Notes under the pieces: generated by a model
Seen by the model: the letters and a program-made list of their open reading frames with translations, nothing else
What the model was told of the DNA's origin: nothing
Database searches by the model: none
Position numbers and translations under genes: made by a program
NCBI GenBank assembly: GCA_963742855.1
Contig: CAVUNP010000007.1
Coordinates: 324,448-348,447 of the forward strand
Source: an uncultured Actinomycetota bacterium
GTDB taxonomy: Bacteria > Actinomycetota > Actinomycetes > Mycobacteriales > Micromonosporaceae
Direction: 5' to 3'
Length of the DNA: 24,000 bases
Shown here: in pieces, positions 1 through 9,900 of the stretch
Layout of the letters: each line of letters starts with the position of its first letter
Position numbering within the stretch: the first letter of the stretch is position 1

Positions 1-147
1 GAATCAACGCTCGTCGCAGCTATAGCGCGTCAGATGGTTTTGGTCAATACCGTTAGCGTAGTGTTGAGAACTTGCTGGTAGGCCTTCCCTCGGACTTGCA
101 GGACTCCTTAAGCTTCCTCCCGCAGATACACATTGAGCGGGGGACGC

Positions 148-3100
148 ATGACGCATGTCGGCAGCAGTTCAGGTCACGTCAACGCTAAATCTGGATCTTT
201 GAGCACTTCCATGCGTCTGTCGATCGCCGTGGTTTGTGCCTTGGTGGCTTCCGCGACTGTTCTGCTTGCCCCCGCTCGGCGCGCGACCGCGGCGGATCCG
301 TCTCCGGTCTGCACAGAGACGGCCGCGTCGGAGACTGCGGCCCGCCAGATGGCGGCGGCCTGTGCCAAGCGGGTGGAGGCCCTGTCGTTGCGGTCGGAGC
401 GAAGTCAGGTGTTCGCTGAGTCCGGTGGGTCCTTCACGTATGAGGCGACGCTGACGCCACAGCGGGTTCGCAAGGCCGACGGCTCCTGGACTGGGATCGA
501 CCGCACCCTGCAGCGTCGAGCCGATGGCGCCGTGGTTCCGGCGGCGAGTGTCGTTGACGTCCAGTTCTCCGGTGGTGGTAGTGGTCCGTTCGTGCAGTGG
601 CGGCGAAATGGCCATCTGTTCACCATGTCGTGGCCGACCGCGCTCCCCGCGCCCGTCCTGGCAGGCAGTTCGGCCACCTACCCGTCGGTGATGGACGGCG
701 TCGATTTGGTTGTCACTGCGACTGATGAGGGCTTCCGCCACGTCCTGGTGGTGCGCACGGCCAAGGCCGCCGCCGATCCTCGCATCCGCGACATCCGTTA
801 CGGACTGGGTGGCGACGTACGGATGTGCGTGCTGCTGAGCGCCTCGTCGGAGGCCGCGAACCCCGTCAACGGCGGTGAGTCGACGACGGCGCGGTGGATG
901 CGTTTCAACGTCGCGAACTTTAAGCTCGTGGTCGTCTACAACTCGTTGCCGGTCCTAGGTGCGACGTCGACCAGCCCGGCCACGACGTGTGTGTCAGGCG
1001 ATACGCCGGCAGCGAACCGCCCCGGGGTGTCGAGAACGCCGACCCTCAGCGCCGTCGCGTTGGACGACGACCCTGGTGAGACCGATCTGAAGACCATCTT
1101 CGAGTGGCAGCCGTGGGTCGTGGCGAGTTCGACTTGGGGCGCCGTGTCGTCGTTGTCGCAGAACAACGTGGCCCGCGACACGGCTGGGCAGGTGACTCCC
1201 TCGACGTTGCCGGACGGCACGTACCGGTGGCGTGTCCGGGTCGCGGATCCATGGTCGGTTGGAGGCACCAGCGGTGAGGACACCACCGCATGGTCAGCGT
1301 GGTGCCAGTTCCAGGTGGACACGGTGAACCCTGGCCTGCCCACCGTCACCAGCACAGACTTCCCGAGTGGCTGCGCGCCGTGTGGAAATGTGGGCACTCC
1401 GGGCCAGCTGACATTCTCTGGCGTCAGTGACGTTGTCGCTTACCTGTGGGGTCCGTTGGATCCGCCGACCAACACAGCCACAGCGACGGCCCCCGGGGCG
1501 CCCGTAACGGTGTCCTTTACTCCGGATCGCGGCGGCCCGACCGCGATCCACGTACGGGCCATTGACTGGGCTGGCAACCAGAGCCCGATCCAGACGTACA
1601 CCTTCGACGTGACACCACCCGCGGACAACGTCGGCCGCTGGCTCCAGACGGACTGGGAGCAGATGGCGAATCTGGACGACACGGCAGACGCGTCTGTCAC
1701 GCACAATCTGACGTTGGCTGCGGGGAGCCGTGACGGAACTGGCCGAACCATCGGCGAAGCCGCGTTGACGCTGACCAACACGGGGGCGGAAGGTCAGTAC
1801 GCGACCACGTCCGCGGTCTTGGACCCGACGATGAGCTTCACCTTGTCCGCGTTCGCCAGGTTGTCGATTTCACCCACCAGCTCGGACTTCCGGACCATTG
1901 TGTCGCAACGCGGGTCGGCGACGTCTGTGATCGAGTTGCAGGCGCAGCCGTCGGGATGGTGCCTCAACGCCAGAGACATCGGCAGTGGCGGGTCGTCCAA
2001 CGCGCTCTGCGGTGGCACGGTGAAGATCGACGTGTGGACTCACGTCGCGGCGACGTACGACAACGTGACGAGCCGGTTCCGGGTCTACGTCGATGGTGAA
2101 AAGGTCGCCGACGTCGCGCATGTCGCACCGTCCTCACAGACGGGACCGTTGGCGGTCGGTGCCAGTTGGTTGAACGACGTGATCCGGGATCGGTGGACCG
2201 GCCGGATAGCTGATGTGCGCGTATGGCAACGTTCCCTCACCTCGACCGAGGTCGCCGACCTGGCCGCGCCGCCCCTGGTCGGGAAGTGGAGTTTTGGTGA
2301 GACCCGCCCACCAGAGATTGACGACTCCGGCAGAGGCAACGACCTGAACTTCAGCGGGCCTGGCATCACCGTTCCCGCGGGTGGCCAGGCGATCAACGGC
2401 ACCGCGATGCAGCTCAACGGCACCGCGAACGCATACTCGGACTATCCGGTGCTGCGAACCAACAACTCGTTCACAGTCTCGGCGTGGGTGCGGCCGGACA
2501 ACCTGACTGGGACCAGGGTGATCGCCTCACAGGATGGTGTGAACCAACCGGGCTTCTCGCTCGAGTACTCGCAGGCTGCCAACCGCTGGGTGATGCGGAC
2601 TGTGTCGGCCGACTCCGCAGGCGCAGTCACCACGTACTCCGCGACGTCGGCCTGGCCGGCCGTTCTCGGGAATTGGACGAATGTCGTAGGCACCTACGAC
2701 GCCGGTGCCAAGCAGCTTCGCATCTTCGTCGACGGTGTTCCTGGTACGGTGGCCAATACCGTGACCAACTGGCACGCCAACGGTTCGTTCCGGCTCGGCG
2801 CCGTCGGTTCCGGTGGCAGCTTCATCGGCAGTATCGATGAGGTCAATGTCTACAATGGATGCGCGCCTACCTGCAAGATCCGCGCGGACGCCCTGACGGA
2901 TTTCGCGAATGTGCAGGGCGCCAACAACTGGACCTACCAGGAGACCGACGGCACCACGTACTGGCCGATGACTTTCGACGCTTCCCGCTTGTCCTGGCAG
3001 GGATCCACGCAGTTCTCGCTGGTCGGTGACGTATATCAGCACCCGGGCCCGGTGCTCAACTCGGTCCGGACCTGGACCGCGCCGAGGGCGGGAATGATCA

Positions 3101-3849
3101 ATGTCAGCTGGAATGCGATCACCGTCGGCGCTGGAGGCAACGGAACCAAGGTCAAGGTGCTGAAGAACACGAAGGCTATCTGGGGCGAGTACCTCATAGC
3201 CGCCAACAGTTCCTGGGTAGGGACCGATGTGGTCTTGAACCAGACGATCGTCGCCGGCGATGTGATCCGCTTCGTCGTGAATGCCAATGGCGACAATGGA
3301 TACGACTCGACCAACTGGGTGCCGGTTATCAACTATGTGCCATATGACCACGACCTGCAGGCTAACTTCAGTAGCACGCAGGGGGATTCGCAGTGGTACT
3401 ACCAGGAATACACCGGTGGTGCCTACGTGAACATGACGTACAACAATGCCGGTGGCTATTGGAACGGCTCGGCGGAGTTCCTGCAGATAAGGCCGGATGG
3501 CGTCCATCCCGTGGATGGCAAGGACGCGGTCATCGTGTGGCGAGCAACCAAGCCCGGGGTTGTCGCCGTCACCACCCAACGGGGCCGCATCGGCGTGGGC
3601 AACGGCGGTGGCGCTGACGGCACGAGAATCAAGATTGTCAAGAGCCGGGTCGAGAACCCCAACGTTACGACGCCTGTCTGGCCCGCTTCGGGAACACCCC
3701 AGACTATTCCAGCCGGTCAGACGATCGATTTCACGCCGCTCATTGTGTCTGTGGGCGTGGGTGATCTCCTGTATTTCCAGGTGAATGCGAACGCCAACCA
3801 GGGCTTCGATTCGACCTTCTGGGTTCCGCAGATCGACTATGTCGAATGA
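148..3849 (+). CDS. secreted multidomain protein with two LamG/concanavalin-A-like lectin domains and a tandemly duplicated C-terminal beta-rich domain
   Basis: Long ORF (track 133..3849). TTG at 133; first ATG at 148 follows GGGGGA. A later ATG at 211 opens MRLSIAVVCALVASATVLLAPARRATA|ADP, a Sec-type signal peptide. Two LamG-like segments at ~1624-2265 and ~2275-2860 (FTLSAFARL...VWTHVAATYD...FRVYVDGE...GRIADVRVW, and FTVSAWVRP...WTNVVGTYD...LRIFVDG...GSIDEVNVY). A ~150-aa unit occurs twice (2890-3340 and 3355-3846), both copies ending G(Y/F)DST.WVP.I.YV. Start codon is uncertain. Confidence 0.8.
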   Translation: MTHVGSSSGHVNAKSGSLSTSMRLSIAVVCALVASATVLLAPARRATAADPSPVCTETAASETAARQMAAACAKRVEALSLRSERSQVFAESGGSFTYEATLTPQRVRKADGSWTGIDRTLQRRADGAVVPAASVVDVQFSGGGSGPFVQWRRNGHLFTMSWPTALPAPVLAGSSATYPSVMDGVDLVVTATDEGFRHVLVVRTAKAAADPRIRDIRYGLGGDVRMCVLLSASSEAANPVNGGESTTARWMRFNVANFKLVVVYNSLPVLGATSTSPATTCVSGDTPAANRPGVSRTPTLSAVALDDDPGETDLKTIFEWQPWVVASSTWGAVSSLSQNNVARDTAGQVTPSTLPDGTYRWRVRVADPWSVGGTSGEDTTAWSAWCQFQVDTVNPGLPTVTSTDFPSGCAPCGNVGTPGQLTFSGVSDVVAYLWGPLDPPTNTATATAPGAPVTVSFTPDRGGPTAIHVRAIDWAGNQSPIQTYTFDVTPPADNVGRWLQTDWEQMANLDDTADASVTHNLTLAAGSRDGTGRTIGEAALTLTNTGAEGQYATTSAVLDPTMSFTLSAFARLSISPTSSDFRTIVSQRGSATSVIELQAQPSGWCLNARDIGSGGSSNALCGGTVKIDVWTHVAATYDNVTSRFRVYVDGEKVADVAHVAPSSQTGPLAVGASWLNDVIRDRWTGRIADVRVWQRSLTSTEVADLAAPPLVGKWSFGETRPPEIDDSGRGNDLNFSGPGITVPAGGQAINGTAMQLNGTANAYSDYPVLRTNNSFTVSAWVRPDNLTGTRVIASQDGVNQPGFSLEYSQAANRWVMRTVSADSAGAVTTYSATSAWPAVLGNWTNVVGTYDAGAKQLRIFVDGVPGTVANTVTNWHANGSFRLGAVGSGGSFIGSIDEVNVYNGCAPTCKIRADALTDFANVQGANNWTYQETDGTTYWPMTFDASRLSWQGSTQFSLVGDVYQHPGPVLNSVRTWTAPRAGMINVSWNAITVGAGGNGTKVKVLKNTKAIWGEYLIAANSSWVGTDVVLNQTIVAGDVIRFVVNANGDNGYDSTNWVPVINYVPYDHDLQANFSSTQGDSQWYYQEYTGGAYVNMTYNNAGGYWNGSAEFLQIRPDGVHPVDGKDAVIVWRATKPGVVAVTTQRGRIGVGNGGGADGTRIKIVKSRVENPNVTTPVWPASGTPQTIPAGQTIDFTPLIVSVGVGDLLYFQVNANANQGFDSTFWVPQIDYVE

Positions 3850-3941
3850 GATCTTGCTGGGTGCCTGATCGCGTGCCCAGCCCTGAGTAGCGCGTGGCTT
3901 GATTTGAACCGCACCGCTTCGACCGGAACGGGGTAGTCGTC

Positions 3942-6900
3942 GTGTCCGAATCTGTTGTGATCCAGCCGCCGCCCGCGCGCCGCCATCGTCGGCGAGGGGT
4001 GATTGCCCTGGCCGCGGTGATCCCGCTGGTCTTGGTGTCCACATTGTTGTCGCCGTTGCCGGCGGTGGCGTTTCCGCCGAAGCCTGCGGATCCTCCCAGC
4101 CTGAACCACGACAAGCGGGTAGAGGGTGGCGACGTGGCGACTCGGAAGCCGGTGGCGCCCGATCGGGCTCCCCAGTTTGTTCCGCGGGCTCCAGTGTGGC
4201 CGGAGGCGAGTAGCGGTGAGGTAGCGACCGATGCCCGGTTGGGTGTTCGGGCGGATGGTAGTGACATCGCGGGTGGCGCGGCGAACGCCGGTGTGCCGAT
4301 TCCGGTCCGGGTGGCCAACAGCCCGGTATGGATTGACACGACGCCGAAGACGTTGGGTGCCGAAGTCGCGGCGGGTCGGGTGCCGGGCAAGGTCCGGGTT
4401 CAGGTGTTTGACCATGACACCGCGACCCGTGCCGGCGTTGACGCCACACTCGTCCGAGTGAGTCGTAGCGACGGTGTCGCCGAGGCCGGTCCGGCGGTAG
4501 TGAGCGTGGACTACTCGGCGTTCGCGGGCGCATATGGTGGAGGTTGGGCCGACCGGCTGCGACTGGTGGCGATGCCTGCGTGTGCACTGACTGACCCGAC
4601 CGAGGCGGAGTGCCGGGTGGGTGCGCCGGTGGTGGCTGCTAACAACGTGGGTGCGTCGACGATCACGGCGAAGGTGTCGTTGCCGGTGGGGTCGGCGGGT
4701 CTGCTGTTGGCGTTGGACGCTGGTTCGTCGGGTGGTTCGGGGTCGACGGCGGCGACGAGCTTGCAGGCGTCGGCGGCGTGGTCCGCGGGTGCGAACACCG
4801 GTGAGTTCAACTGGTCGTATCCCATGCAGACTCCGCCGTCGTTGGGCGGTCCGTCGCCAGCGTTGAGTTTGGCGTATTCGTCGGGTTCGGTGGACGGGCG
4901 TACGCCTGCGCAGAACGCGCAGCCGTCGTGGATCGGTGAGGGGTTCGAGTTCGGGCCGGGCGGTTTCATCGAGCGGAAATTCGTGCCGTGCGCCAAGGAC
5001 CTGAGTGCTGGGGCGAACAACACCGCGCAGGTAGGGGATCTGTGTTGGCAGACCCGTGATGGTGCCGTGGCGGAGAACCTGACGATGTCGTTGGGTGGCC
5101 GCGGCGGTGAGCTGATCCGCGATCCGTCGAATCCGAATCGTTGGTATCCGCGGGCGAATGATGGTTCGTTAGTGCAGCGGCGTACCGGTGGCCCGTACGG
5201 CGATTTCTGGGTTGTGACGACCACGGATGGGACGCAGTACTGGTTCGGTGGCCGGTCGGGTTCCAATGGTGCGTTCACCGTTCCGGTGTATGGCAACCAC
5301 GTCGGTGAACCATGTCGCGCGGCGACGTTCGCGACGTCGGGTTGTGACCAGATCTACCGGTGGAATCTCGACTATGTTATTGACCCGCATGGCAACACGA
5401 TGACGTACACGTATGTCACGGAAGCGAACTCGTACGCTGCGGCCGCGAACCCCAATGTGTTGAAGAGCTACGTGCGGGGTGGCTACCTCGCGTCGATCGG
5501 TTACGGCACGCGGGTGGGAAGCGCAGGACCGGCGCCGATGCAGGTGACATTCGAGGTCGCCGACCGCTGTGTGACGAACTGTTGGTCGGGTAGCAACCCG
5601 GTGACCGCGAATTGGTCGGATACGCCGTGGGACCAGCGGTGTGTCGCGACCCCGTGTGACGACTTCTCTCCCGCGTTCTACACCTCGAAGCGGTTGTCGA
5701 AGGTGACGACATGGTTGCAGGCAGGTGGTGCGCCGCAGCCGACGCCGGTGGAGGAGTGGACACTGCATCACGGGTATCCGCTGCCGGGTGACGGTACCCG
5801 GCCGGGATTGTTCCTGGAGCGGATCTCGCACGTGGGCAAGGTCGGTACTACGACGTCGGTGCCGGACGTTTTGTTCGAGGCACAGGCGATGCCGAACCGG
5901 GTGCTGCCGAACGCGGGTGATGGTAAGCCGGCGATGAACTGGCAACGGATCAAGTCAATCATCACCGAGGCCGGTGGGAAGATCTCGGTCAACTACGAGA
6001 CGCCGAACTGTACGTCGACGTCCTTGCCGAACATGTCGGCGTTGCAGGACAACAATCTTCGGTGTTTTCCGGTGAAGTGGACCAATCCTGACACCGGAGC
6101 GACGACGAACGAGTTCTTCCATAAGTATGTGGTGTCCACTGTGGTCAACGCGGACCCGACCGGTTCCGGTTCGCCGCAGGTGGTGACGTCGTACGAGTAT
6201 GTTGGTGATCCGGCGTGGCACTACACCGACGACGATGGTCTGATCCAGCCGGATGACAAGACGTGGTCGGTGTGGCGGGGCTACCCGACGGTCCGCACGA
6301 TCGTCGGTGATCCGGGTGATGTGCATGTGGTCCGGACGGCGAGTGAGTCAACGTTCTTCCAGGGCATGCATGGTGACAAGCGTCCGTCGGGGACGTTGAC
6401 GAAGGTGATGCCGGCCATCGACATGAACGGTGACGGTGACACGGTAGACGTGGCCGACGTACCAGCCACGAACGACGAGGATGTCTTCGCCGGCATGGTG
6501 CGCCGTTCGGTGACGCTGTCCGGTGTTGGCGGCGTCGAGGTGTCCTCGAGCGCATCAGTGCCGTGGCAGTCCGCGCCGATCGCGTCTCGGACCATCAACG
6601 GCGTCACCGTGTCGTCGCGCCATGTCGCCACCGCCGCCTCCTATGGCCGCACCGCCCTGGACACCGATTCCGGGCGTCGTTCCGCGGGGTGGCGCACGAC
6701 GTCGTCAACGACGACGTACGACGACTTCGGCATGGCGGTCGCGGCGGAGGACCGTGGCGACGACGCGGTGGCCGATGATCAGACGTGTCGGACGATCGAG
6801 TTTGTGCGGGACGCGTCGGCGATCACATCCGCGGATTCGTCGAAGTGGTTGATGGCGTTCCCGAAACGGGTCCGTGACTTTGCGGTCAGCTGTGCGACCG

Positions 6901-9900
6901 CCGCCGCGGGCGGACTCACCGAGGCCGACATCATCGCCGACAACGTGACGTTGTACGACGGCCAGGCGTTGGGGGTGCCGCCGACGAAGGGCGATGTCAC
7001 GCAGACCAGGTCGTTGAAGACGTGGAATCCGGCGACGCAAACGCCGACGTATCAGACGACGTCGAGTGGCACGTTCGACGCCTACGGTCGGATCACGCAG
7101 GCGTTCGACATCCGCGGGAACTCGTCGACCACGGCGTACACGCCGTCGACGGGTGGTCCGGTCACCGGAGTGACGATGACCAACCATCTGGGTTGGCAGT
7201 CCTCGACGACGTTCGAGCCGGCGTGGGGCGCAGCGTTGATCACCACCGACGCGAACGCCCGTTCGGTGAAGCGGACCTATGACGGTCTGGGCCGGTTGAC
7301 GCAGGTGTGGCAGCCGAGCCGCGGCATGGACCAGTCGGCGAACACCATCTATACCTACAACCTGCGCAACGACGCCCCATCATCGGTGACCACACAGGCG
7401 TTGCTGCCCAACGGTGGCTACCGCAGCACGTTCCAGATCTTCGACGCACTGCTGCGGCCACGTCAGACTCAGGCCGACAACGCCTTCGAACCGGGCCGGA
7501 TCGTGTCGGACACGTTCTACGATTCGGCCGGTCGACCGTACCTGGCCAACAGTCCCTACTGGGCGCCGGACGCCGCTGGAACAACGCTGTTCGAACCCAG
7601 CGTGGCTGACGCGGACGACATTCCGTTGCAGACGAAGACGCTGTTTGACGGTGTTGGCCGAGCCACCGCCGCGATCACCCTCAGCCTGGGGGTGGAGAAG
7701 TGGCGGACCCTGACCACGTACGGCGGTGACCGCACCGACACCCGCCCACCGCAGGGCGGGACCGCGTATTCCACCGTCACGGACGCCAGCGGCAAAACCA
7801 CCGAACTGCGTACCTACCGCGGTGCCACGCCCAGCGGGGCCTACGACACCACGACGTACACGTACAACCGCAAGGGTCAACAAACCCGGGTCATTGACGC
7901 GCAGAACAAGCATTGGGATACCAGCTACGACCTATTGGGTCGACCGGTCAGCGGCGTGGACCCGGACAAGGGCACCACCACGTCGGAATACAACGACTAC
8001 GGTGATTTGGTCAAAGTCACCGACGAACGCGGTGAGGTTCTCGTCCTCACGTACGACGCACTGGGCCGCAAACAGACTCTGCGCGATGATTCCACCACCG
8101 GCGCGAAGCGCTCCGAATGGGTCTACGAAGGCATCCCCGACTCGCGGGGCATGCTGACCAAGAGCATTCGCTGGAACGGGTCTGAGGAGTTCAGCACCGA
8201 AGTCATCGACTTCAACGCCGACTACATGCCCAGCCGCGTCGCCTACAACATCCCCACCAGCACCGCCTTCCCGGGTCTCGCCGGCAGCTACACATACCAG
8301 TTCACCTACGCCTCCAACGGCGCCCCCAAGACGATGACGATGCCTGACGTCGACGGATCCAGCGGCTTGCCCGCGGAACAGTTGACCACCGGCTACAACG
8401 ACTACGGCGCCGCGACCACCCTGCAAACCAACTATGAAATGGGCACCCAGCTCAACACGTACGTCACCGGTACCGTCTACACCGGCTACGGCGAGATCGA
8501 CAAGATCACGCTGAAGAACGGCACCAGCCCACAGGCCTACATCCAATACGGATACGAAGACGACACCCGCCGCCTCAAGCAGATCACCACCAGCCGCGAT
8601 GTCCTCCCCAAGGTCGTCAGCGACATCCAATACGTCTACGACGACGCCGGCAACACCACCAAAATCAAAGACGCTGCGGCGGCCCCCAACGACGTCCAAT
8701 GCTTCACCTACGACAACCTGCGCCGCCTCACCGAGGCCTGGACCCCAGCCACCGACAACTGCCAGGCCGCACCGAGCGCGGCGACGCTGGGCGGACCGTC
8801 GAAGTACTGGACCGCGTGGGACATCGACATCACCGGCAACCGGACCAAGCAGATCGACCATGCCACCCCACTGGGTGATCGCACGACCGACTACATCTAT
8901 GCCGGCGCCAACTCACACCAGCTGATGCAAACGACCACCGTCGACTCGTCCGGGACGAAGACCGCGAACTACGGCTACGACGTCACCGGCAATACCGTTA
9001 GCCGCCCCGGCGCCTCGCCGGCGACCAACCAGATCCTCAACTGGAACGCCGAAGGCCAACTGTCGTCCGTCACCGAGGGTGCGGCGACGACAAGCTTCCT
9101 CTACGACGCCGACGGAAATCGGCTGCTCCGCAAGGACGCCACCGGCACCACCCTCTACCTGCCCGGTCAGGAAGTCCGCCTCACCGGAACCGGGTCGAAA
9201 CTCAACACCCGCTACTACACCCACGCCGGCGTCACCGTCGCCACCCGCGCCGCCGGCACCCTCAACTGGCTATCGTCCGACCAGCACGGCACGACCAACG
9301 TCACAATCAACAAGAGCGGCACCCAAACCACGTCCGTCCGGCGCGAAACCCCCTACGGCCTGGCCCGCGACACCGTCGGCACCTGGCCTGCCAACATGGA
9401 CAAAGGCTTCGTCGGCGGCACCAAAGACTCCACCGGCCTGACACATCTCGGCGCCCGAGAATACGACCCGACCATCGGCCGATTCATCTCTGCCGACCCG
9501 TTGGTCGACTTCTCCAACCCGCAACAGATGCAGGGCTACGCCTACGCCAGCAACAACCCGACCAGCATGTCCGACGCCACCGGGCTCATGGTCTACGACG
9601 AGGACCGGGCGTTCCGCGGCTGCGACAGCGCCTGCGTCGACCTCAATATCGCCTACGCGCAACGCGAACAGGCACAGAAGGAGAAGACCGAGGCGCAGCA
9701 GGTCAAGACGAAGTCCATCAAGGACATCATCATCGAGGCCGGCGTCTCCTTCCTGCTGGACATGTTCGGCATCACCGACATCTGGAACTGCATCAGCAAG
9801 GGCGACATCGGCGCCTGCGTCAACGCTCTCATCGGCGCGTTGCCATGGGGCAAAGTCCTCGGCGCAGCCAAAGCGATCTGGAAAGGCATCGACCGGGCCC

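Noticed and set aside
2527-4587. 686-aa minus-strand ORF spanning the end of the LamG gene, the intergenic gap and the start of rhs
   Set aside because: It is antisense to two strongly supported genes and is an Arg/Pro/His-rich low-complexity translation, typical of the open antisense frames of high-GC DNA.
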